A stretch of DNA of 64,000 nucleotides from Alphaproteobacteria bacterium (lineage in GTDB: Bacteria > Pseudomonadota > Alphaproteobacteria > CALKHQ01). The stretch is taken from the NCBI GenBank assembly GCA_965227515.1, contig CBDDFZ010000002.1, forward strand, positions 864,001 through 928,000, read 5' to 3'. The notes beneath the pieces were generated by a model, which was not told where the DNA came from, made no database searches, and worked only from the letters and a program-made list of their open reading frames with translations. A program made the position numbers and the translations under genes. Below are positions 28,292 through 38,688 of the stretch, in pieces; positions within the stretch are counted from its first letter, which is position 1, and the number at the start of each line of letters is the position of its first letter.

Positions 28292-29026
28292 CTATTCGCG
28301 GGCCAGGGCCATCAGGTACAGGATGTTGCGGAACATCACGATGAAGTCGATGTAGAGGATCAGCGCGCCGAAGATCGCCTTCTTGGAGGCATCGCCGGCG
28401 GCATCGCCCTCGTAGTACGACTCCTTGATCTTCTGGGTGTCGAACGCCGTCAGGCCGGCGAAGATCAGCACCGAGGCGATCGAGATGATGAACATCAGCC
28501 CGGTCGACGCCAGGAAGATGTTGACCACGCTGGCCAGGATCAGGCCGATCACGCCCATCATCAGGAAGCTGCCGAGCCCGGTCAGGTCGCGCTTCGTGGT
28601 GTAGCCGACGATGCTCATGCCAGCGAACATGCCCGCGGTGATGAAGAACGCGCGGAAGATTTCAGCCGGCAGGAAGAAGGTGAAGATCATCGCGAAGCTG
28701 ACGCCGTTCAGCCCCGCATACGCCCAGAACATGGCGTGCGCCATGGTCGGCGACATCCGGTTGAAGCCGAACATGAAGATCAGCACCGGCGCCAGCGGGG
28801 CAAGCATCGCAATCCAGCCCAGCCCGGTCGGGGCCATCGTTGCCGGATTGAAGAACAGGCCCAGCGCGGCCTCGGACGTCGAGATGAAAAACGCCAGGGC
28901 GCCGGTCAGCGCCAGGCCCAGGCACATGTAGTTGTACACGCGCAACATATAGGCCCGTAGCCCAGCATCGACGCCGGCCTGGTCCTGCGTGCGCGATAGG
29001 AACTGGCTTTCGAAACGAGACGCCAT
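28292..29026 (-). CDS. Bax inhibitor-1/YccA family membrane protein
   Basis: DAGLRAYMLRVYNYM, GYTTKRDL, LTAFDTQKIK, GALILY.DF. Confidence 0.93.
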   Translation of the reverse strand: MASRFESQFLSRTQDQAGVDAGLRAYMLRVYNYMCLGLALTGALAFFISTSEAALGLFFNPATMAPTGLGWIAMLAPLAPVLIFMFGFNRMSPTMAHAMFWAYAGLNGVSFAMIFTFFLPAEIFRAFFITAGMFAGMSIVGYTTKRDLTGLGSFLMMGVIGLILASVVNIFLASTGLMFIISIASVLIFAGLTAFDTQKIKESYYEGDAAGDASKKAIFGALILYIDFIVMFRNILYLMALARE

Positions 29027-29168
29027 CTACGATCCCTCACGTTTTGGCACGTTCAATTCCGTCCGCCACGGCGGACGCGTCCCTCGAAATATTGTGTGCG
29101 AGCCCGGGAAATTCAAGACATTTCCGGAATTGTATCGGCCCGAAACGGCTCGCGCATCGTCAGCGTAT

Positions 29169-31697
29169 TCAAGGGTGTCGCAGAATTGGGGCCGCTTTTT
29201 GGCCGAGCGCGCGCCAGGTTCCGATAAATCCTAACGCAAGCGTGATCGCCAGGCTGATCGCCACCGTCATCACGACGGTCTCCGGCAGGAACGCCCAATC
29301 CATCTGCATGACGAACGCGACCACGACATAGGCCGCCAGCGTGCCGATGGCCGCCGCGATGACGGCGGTGGCGACCCCCAGCAGGCCGAATTCGATCAGG
29401 AAGGCCCGGGTGATGATGGCGCGGGTGGCGCCCAGCACCTTCAGGACCACGGAGTCGTAAACCCGGCGACGGTGCCCGGCGGCGACGGCGCCGGCCAGCA
29501 CCACGGTTCCCGCGATCAGCGTGACAGCCCCGGTCAGGGTCACCGCGAGCCCGATCTTCGACAGGATGTCATTGGCGGTGTCCAGCGCGTCGCGCACGTT
29601 GATCGCCGACACGTTGGGGAAGGCATCGGTGACCGCGCGCTCCAGCGCCAGTTCGGCCTCCGGCTCGGCCTGGGCGGTGGCGAGCTGGGTGTGCGGGGCC
29701 GCCTCCAGCGCGCCGGGCGCGAAGATGATGGTGAAGTTGATCTGCATCGTGCCCCAGTCGATGCGGCGCAGATTGGCGATCTCCGCCGTCACCTCCCGGC
29801 CGAGCACATTGATGGTCAGGGTGTCGCCGACCTGGATGCCGAAGCCGGCGGCGAGATCGGCCGAGAAGGAGATCAGCGGCGGGCCGCTGTAGTCCGCCGG
29901 CCACCATTGGCCGGAGACGATCTCGGCGTTGTCGGGCAGGTCGGTGGCATAGGTCAGCCCACGCTCGGAGCGCAACGCCCAGGCGGCGTCGGGGTCGACC
30001 ACCACGTTCTCCACCGGCTCGCCATTGATGGCGACGATGCGGCCGCGCAGCATCGGCACCCGGTCGACCTCGCCGGTGCCGGGCACGCCGGCGGTGACGA
30101 TGTCGAACTGCTCGGCCTGGTCGGGCTGGATGTCGATGAAGAAATAGGCCGGTGCCTGGTCTGGAATGTTCTCCTGCACCGCGCGGCGCATGTTCCCCTC
30201 GATCAGCGCGACAGTGACGAGCACGGTGAGCCCGAGCCCCAGCGACAGCACGACAGAGGGCGTCGGCGCGCCGGGCCGGTAGACGTTGGAAAGACCCAGC
30301 CGCAGGTCGCTGCGCCGCGGCCGGCCGACCTTGCGGGCCAGCCACATCAACAGCGTGGCGGCGAACCGGAATGCCAGCAGCGTCACCACCGCGCCGGCCA
30401 CGAAGATGGCGGCGAGCATGCGATCCTCGGCAGCGAGGATGGCGACGGCCGCCAATGCCATTGCCGCCACAGCGTTGCCGACAACGTACGGCCAGCTCGG
30501 CCAGCGCCGGTTGGGGGCCACGATGTCGCGGAACAGGCGGGCCGGCGGCACCTCGCGGGCGCGCGCCAGCGGCCAGATGGTGAAGGTGAGCGCGGTCAGC
30601 AGGCCGAACACGGCGGCCACCGCCAGCGGCAGCGGATAGATGCCGAAGCGGGCATCGACGCCGATCTGCTCGGCCAGCAGGCTCATCACGGCAAGTGGCG
30701 CGACGGCGCCCAATACCAGCCCGATGACGGTGCCGACCGCCGCGATCAGCATGATCTGGATCAGGTAGGTGGCGAACACCGTGCGGTTGCGCGCGCCGAC
30801 GCATTTCAGGGTCGCAATCGTGGTGCCCTTGGCGTCGAGATAGGCGCGCACCCCGTTCGCCACGCCCACGCCGCCGACCAGCAGCGCGGTCAGCCCGACC
30901 AGGGTCAGGAACGCGGCCAGCCGGCCGACGAACTCGCGCAGGCCCTGCGCACCCTCGGAGAAGTCGCGCACCCGCCAGGCGGCGTCGGGGAATGCCGCCC
31001 CCAGATCCTCGCGGAACCCCTGGACGTCCGCGCCCTCCGGCAGGGTCAGCTTGTAGTAGTGGTAGATCAGGCTGCCGGTCTGGACCAGGCCGGTCGCCTC
31101 CAGGTCCCCGTCCGCGATGATCACCCGTGGACCGAGGGTCAAGAGGCCGCCGCCGCCCAGCCTGTCTGGCTCGGCCAGCAGTTCGGCCACGACCACGAAC
31201 GTTCCGTCGCCGATTTGGATACGGTCGCCGACGCCAAGTCCCAGGCGGCGCAGCGCGGCACCGTCCACGATCGCGGCCGGCAGGCCGTCGACCGGCGCGA
31301 ACCATTCGGCGCGCGGGATGGCCGGTTCCATGTCGACGGCGCCGAAGACCGGGTAGAGGTCGTCGACCGCCTTCAGCGAGATCAGGGTCTGGTCCGGGTT
31401 CTCCACGTCGACAAGGCGGGCCATGGCGCGCATCTCGCGATAGGCGGACACCGTGCCGCCCTCGTCCATGAACGCGCGCTGCGCCTCGGTGATGGGGGTA
31501 TAGAGCTGGCGCACCTCCAGGTCCCCGCCCAGCAGCTGGCGGGCGTCCTCCTGCAGGCCGGTGGTGATCGCCGACGACAGCGATCCCACGGCGGCAATCG
31601 CCGCCACGCCCAGGGCCAGGCAGATCAGAAAGACGCGGAAGCCGCCCAGGCCGCCGCGCAGCTCCCGCCGTGCCAGCCGCCATGCCACCATGTTCAT
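29169..31697 (-). CDS. ABC transporter permease (YbbP/FtsX-like)
   Basis: ARRELRGG, LLGGDL, LKAVD..YP, PAYFFIDIQ, LKVLGATR. Confidence 0.92.
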   Translation of the reverse strand: MNMVAWRLARRELRGGLGGFRVFLICLALGVAAIAAVGSLSSAITTGLQEDARQLLGGDLEVRQLYTPITEAQRAFMDEGGTVSAYREMRAMARLVDVENPDQTLISLKAVDDLYPVFGAVDMEPAIPRAEWFAPVDGLPAAIVDGAALRRLGLGVGDRIQIGDGTFVVVAELLAEPDRLGGGGLLTLGPRVIIADGDLEATGLVQTGSLIYHYYKLTLPEGADVQGFREDLGAAFPDAAWRVRDFSEGAQGLREFVGRLAAFLTLVGLTALLVGGVGVANGVRAYLDAKGTTIATLKCVGARNRTVFATYLIQIMLIAAVGTVIGLVLGAVAPLAVMSLLAEQIGVDARFGIYPLPLAVAAVFGLLTALTFTIWPLARAREVPPARLFRDIVAPNRRWPSWPYVVGNAVAAMALAAVAILAAEDRMLAAIFVAGAVVTLLAFRFAATLLMWLARKVGRPRRSDLRLGLSNVYRPGAPTPSVVLSLGLGLTVLVTVALIEGNMRRAVQENIPDQAPAYFFIDIQPDQAEQFDIVTAGVPGTGEVDRVPMLRGRIVAINGEPVENVVVDPDAAWALRSERGLTYATDLPDNAEIVSGQWWPADYSGPPLISFSADLAAGFGIQVGDTLTINVLGREVTAEIANLRRIDWGTMQINFTIIFAPGALEAAPHTQLATAQAEPEAELALERAVTDAFPNVSAINVRDALDTANDILSKIGLAVTLTGAVTLIAGTVVLAGAVAAGHRRRVYDSVVLKVLGATRAIITRAFLIEFGLLGVATAVIAAAIGTLAAYVVVAFVMQMDWAFLPETVVMTVAISLAITLALGFIGTWRALGQKAAPILRHP

Positions 31698-31701
31698 GGG
31701 C

Positions 31702-32427
31702 TCAGGCTCCTACGGCCTGGATCGGCGGGGTCGCGGCCGCCGCGCCATCATCGTCTGCAATCTTGCCGTCGGCGAGCCGGATGTGGCGCTGGCAGCGGTC
31801 GGCCAGCGCCGGGTCGTGGGTGATCAGCACCAGCGTGGTGTCGCCGCTGCCCGACAGCTCGAACAGCAGGTCCATCACCGCCTCGCCGGTCTGGCCGTCC
31901 AGGTTGCCGGTGGGCTCGTCGGCCAGCAGCAGGGCCGGCCCGGTCGCGACCGCGCGGGCCAGAGCCACGCGCTGCTGCTCGCCGCCGGAGAGCTGGCCGG
32001 GGAAATGGGTCAGCCGGTGGGCCAGCCCGACCCGCTTCAGCGCCGCCTCGGCCCGGTCGAACGCATCGTCCATGCCGGCGAACTCCATCGGCACCGCCAC
32101 GTTCTCCAGCGCGTTCATGGTCGGGATCAGGTGAAACGCCTGGAACACGATGCCGACGTTGTTGCGTCGGAACAGCGCCAGGTCGTCCTCGCTCATGCCG
32201 CCGAGCTCGTGGCCGGCGACGGTGACGGTGCCGCGGCTGGCTCGCTCCAGCCCGCCCATGATCATCATCAACGTCGACTTGCCGGAACCCGACGGGCCGA
32301 CGATGGCCACCGATTCCCCGCTGCCGATGTTCAGGTCGATGCCGCGCAGGATGTCGACCGCGCCGGCGGCACTGGAGAGCGTCAGGTGGACGTCAGCCAG
32401 GGCGACGACCTTGTCGGATTGCGGCAT
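31702..32427 (-). CDS. ABC transporter ATP-binding protein (YbbA-like)
   Basis: GPSGSGKST, LSGGEQQRVALARA, ADEPTGNLD. Confidence 0.95.
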   Translation of the reverse strand: MPQSDKVVALADVHLTLSSAAGAVDILRGIDLNIGSGESVAIVGPSGSGKSTLMMIMGGLERASRGTVTVAGHELGGMSEDDLALFRRNNVGIVFQAFHLIPTMNALENVAVPMEFAGMDDAFDRAEAALKRVGLAHRLTHFPGQLSGGEQQRVALARAVATGPALLLADEPTGNLDGQTGEAVMDLLFELSGSGDTTLVLITHDPALADRCQRHIRLADGKIADDDGAAAATPPIQAVGA

Positions 32428-32639
32428 GGTTTCTCCCATCTGGCCGGGATTCGGAGCGAAGACAGACTGCCTGTAAGTAAGGTGTTCGGGCCAGCCTGCA
32501 AGCATGGCTCTACCATCACTTACGCGCGAACCGCCCAACCAGGTCACCGGACGGGTCACTATTTCGCCGGATTCGTCCGCACCATGCAGGCGGCATGCCG
32601 TGCGCAAGCGGGCGCTGGCGACAAGCTGGAGAATGGGAC

Positions 32640-33020
32640 ATGCGGCGTATCATTCAGGCAGGGTTGGTCGTATTTCTGATGCTTGGCAGCACGGCCGGCG
32701 CGCAGACCGTGGGCGAGGCTTGGGTTGGCGACTGGGAGGTGGCAGGCTCCAACCCGGACGGCTCCCCCTATAACGGCACAGTCACCATTTGGCGGACCGG
32801 CGACACCTACCAGGTTGAGTGGATCGTCGGCGACCAGATCTTCAGCGGCACCGGAATCGCAGTGGGCGACCTGCTGTCGGTTGGCTATGACGGCGGTGTG
32901 GCCGTGTATTCGCCCGGCGGCAAGGGCCAGTTGTACGGCACATGGTCTCCGATCGGTGGTGACATGCTCGGCACCGAGGTGCTCAGCGGGTTGACATCGA
33001 GCAGTGGCAACGACATCTGA
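32640..33020 (+). CDS. Small exported beta-strand-rich hypothetical protein
   Basis: Signal peptide, G.W.V.G.NPDGSPY.G.VTI, Y.V.W, GTW. Confidence 0.7.
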   Translation: MRRIIQAGLVVFLMLGSTAGAQTVGEAWVGDWEVAGSNPDGSPYNGTVTIWRTGDTYQVEWIVGDQIFSGTGIAVGDLLSVGYDGGVAVYSPGGKGQLYGTWSPIGGDMLGTEVLSGLTSSSGNDI

Positions 33021-33053
33021 GGTGCTGGCTCAAGAGTTGAGGGAACGGCCGTC

Positions 33054-33701
33054 ATGACACCGCTTCGCACGACCGCTGGCCTTGTGGTTGCCGTAGCCTT
33101 TGCCGGCGCCGCAGCGCAGTCGGCCTTTGCCACCGAGGAACAAGTGCGCCTGTTGGTGCTGGGCGACAGCCTGACCGCCGGCTATGGGCTCTCGCCCGAG
33201 GATGGGTTCACCAGCCAGTTGCAGGCGGCCCTGCGCGACGCGGGCCTGGACGTGGTGGTGCTGAACGCCGGCGTCTCCGGCGACACCACCGCCGGCGGGC
33301 TCGCGCGGCTGGACTGGTCGCTGGGCGACAACCCGACCCATGTGCTGGTGGAGCTTGGCTCCAACGACGCGCTGCGCGGCATCGACCCGGCGGAGGCGCA
33401 ATCGAACCTGGATGCCATCGTCTCCCGCCTGATCGACGAGGACGTGCCGGTGATGCTGGCCGGCATGTATGCGCCGCCGAACTGGGGCAGCGAGTACTCC
33501 GCCGAGTTCAACGCCATCTATCCGGAGCTGGCCGAGGAATACGACGTGCCGCTCTATCCCTTCTTCCTGGAGGGGGTGGCGATGGACCCGGACCTGAACC
33601 AGCGCGATGGCATCCACCCCAACACGGCCGGTGTCGGGGTCATCGTCGACAATATCGTGCCCGATCTCCTGCACTGGTTGGCACCCGAGCTTGCTTCCTG
33701 A
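33054..33701 (+). CDS. tesA: SGNH arylesterase / acyl-CoA thioesterase I
   Basis: GDSLTAGYG, NAGVSGDTTAGG, ELGSND, DGIHPN; divergent from ybbA. Confidence 0.93.
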   Translation: MTPLRTTAGLVVAVAFAGAAAQSAFATEEQVRLLVLGDSLTAGYGLSPEDGFTSQLQAALRDAGLDVVVLNAGVSGDTTAGGLARLDWSLGDNPTHVLVELGSNDALRGIDPAEAQSNLDAIVSRLIDEDVPVMLAGMYAPPNWGSEYSAEFNAIYPELAEEYDVPLYPFFLEGVAMDPDLNQRDGIHPNTAGVGVIVDNIVPDLLHWLAPELAS

Positions 33702-33794
33702 TAGGTAAGCGCCCGGCGCCGCGCGGGCGTCGAGTCAAATGGCCGGGCCTGCAATCATGCGGTGTGGCCTCACGCCGGGGCAGGGGAGGCATTC

Positions 33795-34841
33795 ATGAAA
33801 TATCGCAAACTGGGGCGCACGGACATCGACGTGTCGCTGATCTGCCTGGGCACCATGACCTGGGGGCATCAGAACAGCGAGGCCGACGCGCACGCCCAGC
33901 TCGACATGGCGCTGGACAACGGCATCAACTTCGTCGACGCGGCGGAGATGTATCCGGTGCCGCCGCAGGAAGCGACCTATGGGCGGACCGAGGAGTTCAT
34001 CGGAACCTGGATCGCCAAGGGCGCGCCGCGCGACAAGGTGATCCTGGCGACCAAGGTCAATGGCTCGGCCGAGGCCCGGTTCAGCTATGTGCGCGGCGGC
34101 AAGCATCGGGTGGACGCCAAGAACATCGCCGAGGCGCTGGACGGCAGCCTGCGGCGGCTGCAGACCGACTATATCGACCTCTACCAGATCCACTGGCCGT
34201 CCCGCCCGACCAACAATTTCGGCCGGCTGGGCTATGTCCACAACGCCGATGCGGACTCGGTGCCGATTGCCGAGACGCTGGCGGCGCTGGCCACCCATGT
34301 GCGCGCCGGCAAGATCCGCCACATCGGCCTGTCCAACGAGACGCCCTGGGGCGTGATGGAGTTCCTGCGCATCGCCGAGGCGGAGGGCCTGCCGCGCGTC
34401 GTCTCGATCCAGAACCCGTACAGCCTGGTCAACCGCTCGTTCGAGATCGGGCTCGCCGAGATGGCGATCCGCGAGGATGTGGGCCTGCTGGCCTATTCGC
34501 CGCTGGCCATGGGTGTGCTGACCGGCAAGTACATGGGCGGCGCGAAGCCGGAAGGCGCGCGGCTGACCCTGTATGGCGACAAGATGACCCGCTACGCCGG
34601 CCCGCTGGCCGACAAGGCGTGCAGCCGCTATGTCACCATCGCGCGCGACCACGGGCTCGACCCGGCGGCGATGGCGCTGGCGTTCGTCAACCGGCAGCCG
34701 TTCGTGACCTCGAACCTGCCGGGCGGGACCAAGCTGGAGCATATCCAGACCATGCTCGACAGCCTGGACCTCGATCTGTCCGACGACGTGCTGGCCGACA
34801 TCGAGACCGCACATCGCGAGATGTCCAACCCCTGCCCGTGA
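33795..34841 (+). CDS. NADP(H)-dependent aldo/keto reductase (Tas-like)
   Basis: CLGTMTWG.QN, DAAEMYP, LQTDYIDLYQIHWP, SNETPWG, SIQNPYSL. Confidence 0.93.
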   Translation: MKYRKLGRTDIDVSLICLGTMTWGHQNSEADAHAQLDMALDNGINFVDAAEMYPVPPQEATYGRTEEFIGTWIAKGAPRDKVILATKVNGSAEARFSYVRGGKHRVDAKNIAEALDGSLRRLQTDYIDLYQIHWPSRPTNNFGRLGYVHNADADSVPIAETLAALATHVRAGKIRHIGLSNETPWGVMEFLRIAEAEGLPRVVSIQNPYSLVNRSFEIGLAEMAIREDVGLLAYSPLAMGVLTGKYMGGAKPEGARLTLYGDKMTRYAGPLADKACSRYVTIARDHGLDPAAMALAFVNRQPFVTSNLPGGTKLEHIQTMLDSLDLDLSDDVLADIETAHREMSNPCP

Positions 34842-34902
34842 CGGGGCGCGGTTATTCTTGGCGTTGGTCAAATAGGCATGGCTGGATTTGGGGAGAACGC
34901 AT

Positions 34903-35442
34903 GTGGTTCGCCTGTTTGCCGGCATTGGCCTGCCCGATCGGGTGTGCGAGCGCCTGATCGAGGTGCGTTCCGCGATTCCCGGCGCGCGCTGGATCGATTC
35001 TGAGAACCTGCACCTGACGCTCAGGTTCTTCGGCGAGGTCCCGAACGACGTCGCCGACGACATCGACATGGAGCTGGGCCGCATCGCCGTGGCGCCGTTC
35101 CCGATCACGATCCACGGCGTCGGCCACTTCGAGAAGAAGTTGCAGCCGACGGCGCTGTGGGCGGCGGTGGAGCCGAACGAGCCGCTGGCGCGTCTGGCCG
35201 CGAAGACCGAGACAGCGGCGCGGCGGGCCGGGTTGTCGCCGGAACCGCGCAAGTTCCTGCCCCACGTCACGCTGGCGCGCCTGAAGCGCGCGCCGGTCCA
35301 TCGGGTCGAGTCCTTCCTGCGCAACCGCGCGGACCTGAACGTGGGCCCGATCGAGGTGCACGAGTTCTACCTGTTTTCCAGCCACCTGGGCCGCGACGGC
35401 GCCGACTACACCCGCGAGGCCGAATACCGGCTGCGGGGGTAG
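34903..35442 (+). CDS. thpR: RNA 2',3'-cyclic phosphodiesterase (2H family)
   Basis: RLFAGI, HLTL and HVTL 2H motifs. Confidence 0.92.
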   Translation: MVRLFAGIGLPDRVCERLIEVRSAIPGARWIDSENLHLTLRFFGEVPNDVADDIDMELGRIAVAPFPITIHGVGHFEKKLQPTALWAAVEPNEPLARLAAKTETAARRAGLSPEPRKFLPHVTLARLKRAPVHRVESFLRNRADLNVGPIEVHEFYLFSSHLGRDGADYTREAEYRLRG

Positions 35443-35457
35443 CAAAACAACACTGTA

Positions 35458-35475
35458 TATGCTATATTTGGCATA
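35458..35475. promoter_or_regulatory. Putative antitoxin operator palindrome
   Basis: TATGCTATATTTGGCATA imperfect inverted repeat directly before the toxin start. Confidence 0.55.
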
Positions 35476-35479
35476 ATTG

Positions 35480-35803
35480 ATGAGTTGGACCGTCGAAACG
35501 CTGAATGCAACGGTTGATCGGGAACTCGACGCTCTCCCTGTCGATCAGCGGGCGCGCTTCCTGCGGATCGCCAGCCTGATCGCCACAAAAGGTCTTGCTC
35601 AGGTGCAGGCGCCTTATGTCAAGCATCTGCAGGGCTCGTTGTGGGAAATGCGCATGAAGGGCCGTGATGGGATTTCGCGCGCCATTTACGTGACCGCTTC
35701 GGGACAGCGCGTCGTGGTGGTGCGCGTGTTCGTCAAGAAGACGCAGAAGACACCACGCTCGGAGATTGCGTTGGCGCTGAAGCGGGCCAAGGAGGTGATA
35801 TGA
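35480..35803 (+). CDS. Type II TA toxin, RelE/HigB (Gp49-like)
   Basis: LWEMR..GRDGISRAIY, FVKKTQKTP..EI..A.KR; ATGA overlap with the antitoxin gene. Confidence 0.9.
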   Translation: MSWTVETLNATVDRELDALPVDQRARFLRIASLIATKGLAQVQAPYVKHLQGSLWEMRMKGRDGISRAIYVTASGQRVVVVRVFVKKTQKTPRSEIALALKRAKEVI

Positions 35804-36084
35804 CGAAGGTTGCAGACCTGCATCGGCGATGGATGAACGATCCAGAGTATCGCCGCGAATACGATGCGCTGGAGGAAGAGTTCGCGCTGGCAGAGGCTCT
35901 GATCGACGCGCGGTCGAGGGCGGATTTGACGCAAGCTGAAGTGGCTAAGCGCATGAAGACCACACAGTCGTATGTAGCCAAAATGGAAGGGCTGCGGGTT
36001 AACCCCTCGGTGGCGACCTTGCGGCGGTTCGCAGCCGCGACCGGCTCGCAACTGAAGATTTCCTTTGTGAAGGCGCAGGACTAG
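35800..36084 (+). CDS. Type II TA antitoxin, HigA-like XRE HTH
   Basis: DPEYRREYDALEEEF, LTQAEVAKRM.TTQS.VA, PSVATLRRFA.A.G. Confidence 0.9.
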   Translation: MTKVADLHRRWMNDPEYRREYDALEEEFALAEALIDARSRADLTQAEVAKRMKTTQSYVAKMEGLRVNPSVATLRRFAAATGSQLKISFVKAQD

Positions 36085-36096
36085 GCTGCGCTCCGC

Positions 36097-36993
36097 CTAA
36101 CCCTCCTTCATCCGGGCCTCGCGTAGGGCGACGAACAGGCCACTGCCGCAGATGATGGCCGCGCCGACGAACACCCATTCGTCCGGCACCTCCTGCCAGA
36201 TCGCCCAGCCGTAGATGACGGCCAGCAGCATCGCCACGTACTCGAACGGCACCAGCAGGCTGACGCTGGCGTAGCGGAACGCGAGGGTGACCAGGAAGTT
36301 GCCGGTGCCGCCCAGCAGGCCGAGCCCGATGAACAGCAGCCAATCGGTGCCCACCGGCGTGATCCAGACGAACGGCAGCATGGCGCCGAAGATCAGCAAC
36401 GGCGAGGCCGAGACCCACAGCGAAACGGTGGTGCTGTCCTCGTGCATCACCATCCGCCGGCCGGTGAGGGTGAGCACGCTGTAGCTGAAGGCGCCGATCA
36501 GCGGCAGCATGGCGGCCCAGCCGAACACGCCGCTGCCGGGGCGGATCACGATCATCGCGCCGATGAAGCCGACGATCACTGCCGTCCAGCGGCGCCAGCC
36601 GACGGTCTCGCCCAGCAGCGGCACCGACAGCGCGGTGGCGATCAGCGGCGACACGAAGAAGATCGCGGTGGCGTCGGCCAGCGGGATCAGCTGGATCGCC
36701 CAGAAGAACGAGCCGATGGACATCACCCAGGTCAGGCCGCGCAGCAAGTGCGCCATCGGCCGGTGCGTGCGCACCCGCGCCCACTGGCCCTGGACCGCGA
36801 TGATGATGAACACCGGGATCTGGCCGACCAGCGCGCGAAAGAACACGATCTGGCCGACGTGGTAGCCCTCGCCGATCAGCTTGGCGACCGCGTCCATGGT
36901 CGCCAGCATCGAGATGCCGACCATGATCAGCAGCACCGCCAGGCCGTGGCGGTCGCGCTTCTGGTCGGCCAGGGCGGGTATGGGCGGTGGCAT
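36097..36993 (-). CDS. DMT/EamA family transporter
   Basis: About 10 TMs, LLGE.VGWRRW.AV..GF.G, PFEY. Confidence 0.92.
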   Translation of the reverse strand: MPPPIPALADQKRDRHGLAVLLIMVGISMLATMDAVAKLIGEGYHVGQIVFFRALVGQIPVFIIIAVQGQWARVRTHRPMAHLLRGLTWVMSIGSFFWAIQLIPLADATAIFFVSPLIATALSVPLLGETVGWRRWTAVIVGFIGAMIVIRPGSGVFGWAAMLPLIGAFSYSVLTLTGRRMVMHEDSTTVSLWVSASPLLIFGAMLPFVWITPVGTDWLLFIGLGLLGGTGNFLVTLAFRYASVSLLVPFEYVAMLLAVIYGWAIWQEVPDEWVFVGAAIICGSGLFVALREARMKEG

Positions 36994-37054
36994 AGGCGGT
37001 GTGTTCCAGGTTTGCCGGCTTGACGCGGGGGCCACGCGCGCCATCATCGCCGTC

Positions 37055-37801
37055 ATGACACTCGATGCCCCCACCATCGCGGCCCTGCGCGCCGCCGCAG
37101 CGCCGGTCGTGGTGTTGACCGGGGCCGGCATATCACGGGAATCGGGCCTGCACACCTTTCGCGATGCCGACGGCATCTGGGCAACGGTGCGGATCGAGGA
37201 TGTGGCGACGCCGGAGGCGTTTGCCGCCCACCCCGAGCGCGTGCACGCCTTCTACAACGCGCGCCGCGCCGGCCTGCTGGACCCGGAAATCGAGCCGAAT
37301 GCCGCGCACGCCGCCCTCGCCCGGCTCGAGCGGGACTGGCCCGGCGACGTGCTGGTGGTGACCCAGAACATTGACGACCTGCACGAGCGCGCCGGCACCG
37401 CAAACCTCATCCACATGCACGGCGAGCTTCTGAAGGCGGTCTGCGCCCACTGCGGCAACGTCACCGACTGCCGCCACGACCTGCATGCGTCCGACCCATG
37501 CCTGGCCTGCGGGCACCTGGGCGGCATGCGCCCCCATGTGGTCTGGTTCGGCGAGATGCCGCTGCACATGGACCGCATCTATCGCGCGCTGGGGCAGGCG
37601 GGGCTGTTCCTCTCCATCGGCACCTCGGGCAACGTCTACCCCGCCGCCGGCTTCGTGCAGGCAGTGCCGCCGGACTGCGCCACCGTCGAGCTGAACCTGG
37701 AGCCGTCGGAGGGGGCGGATATGTTCCAGACCCACCTGCACGGCCCGGCGACCGAGATGGTGCCCGCGTTCGTCGAGCGCCTGTGCGGCGCGGCGGCATG
37801 A
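37055..37801 (+). CDS. cobB: NAD-dependent protein deacylase (sirtuin)
   Basis: LTGAGISRESG..TFR, TQNIDDLHERAG, HMHGE, RPHVVWFGE, GTSG.VYPAAG. Confidence 0.93.
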   Translation: MTLDAPTIAALRAAAAPVVVLTGAGISRESGLHTFRDADGIWATVRIEDVATPEAFAAHPERVHAFYNARRAGLLDPEIEPNAAHAALARLERDWPGDVLVVTQNIDDLHERAGTANLIHMHGELLKAVCAHCGNVTDCRHDLHASDPCLACGHLGGMRPHVVWFGEMPLHMDRIYRALGQAGLFLSIGTSGNVYPAAGFVQAVPPDCATVELNLEPSEGADMFQTHLHGPATEMVPAFVERLCGAAA

Positions 37802-38385
37802 CCGAACTTGAGGAGGTGGCCGCGCGGGCGCGTGCCTGCACCATCTGCGCCCATGCGCTGCCTCACGCGCCGCGGCCGGTGTTCCGGGTCAGCCCGACCG
37901 CGCGGCTGCTGATCGTCGGCCAGGCGCCCGGCACCCGCGTCCACGCCTCCGGCATTCCGTGGAACGACCCGTCCGGCGACCGGCTGCGCGACTGGCTGCG
38001 GATGGACCGCGACCGCTTCTACGACACCGCCCACGTCGCCATCGTGCCGATGGGCTTCTGCTTTCCCGGCCTCGACGCCAAGGGCGGCGACCTGCCGCCG
38101 CGCCGCGAGTGCGCCCCCGCCTGGCACGCGCCGATGCTCGCCGCCATGCCCGACATCCGGGTGACCCTGCTGGTCGGCAGCTACGCCCAGGCGCGCTATC
38201 TGGGCAAGCGCGCCAAGCGCACCATGACCGAGACGGTCGCTGCCTTCCGCGACTACACCGCCGACGGCTTCTGGCCGATGCCGCACCCGAGCTGGCGCAA
38301 CAACGCCTGGATCAAGAAGAACCCGTGGTTCGAGGCGGACCTGCTGCCGGCGATGCGCGGGGCTTTGGCGGCAAGTGTGGGGTAG
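37798..38385 (+). CDS. Uracil-DNA glycosylase family protein
   Basis: CTIC, GQAPG, WNDPSG.RLR.W, FCFPG, PHPSWRN; ATGA overlap with cobB. Confidence 0.9.
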   Translation: MTELEEVAARARACTICAHALPHAPRPVFRVSPTARLLIVGQAPGTRVHASGIPWNDPSGDRLRDWLRMDRDRFYDTAHVAIVPMGFCFPGLDAKGGDLPPRRECAPAWHAPMLAAMPDIRVTLLVGSYAQARYLGKRAKRTMTETVAAFRDYTADGFWPMPHPSWRNNAWIKKNPWFEADLLPAMRGALAASVG

Positions 38386-38419
38386 GTTTGAAGACTCACA
38401 ATTGCCACCAATACACAAT

Positions 38420-38674
38420 CGTCATCCCCGGGCCATACAGTTGTCCCGAGGATCCACACCTGTCGCAAGGGACACTCGACGCCAGCAACAAGAGATATTG
38501 TCGTCCTCGCCCTTGTGGCGAGGACCCATTTATGGCCAATACGCCAATGGGTTGAGGTGAATCACTAAACTGCGGGGAGGCCGTCGGATATCCGGGTCTG
38601 CCTTTCAAGCCACTATCGGCACTGGTCCAGTCTGCTCCACAAATGGGCCCTCGCAACAAGTGCGAGGGCGACAA
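38420..38674. repeat. Cluster of REP-like elements: one degenerate unit plus an inverted doublet
   Basis: GTCATCCCCGGGC..GTCCCGAGGATCCA at ~38420-38456; 34-bp inverted repeats at 38498-38531 and 38641-38674. Confidence 0.8.
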
Positions 38675-38688
38675 AGTTTTTTTGAAAC

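Noticed and set aside
37055-37801. Sirtuin as an anti-phage SIR2 effector
   Set aside because: It is a canonical stand-alone CobB with zinc-binding cysteines and host-like codon use, with no fused or adjacent defence partner.
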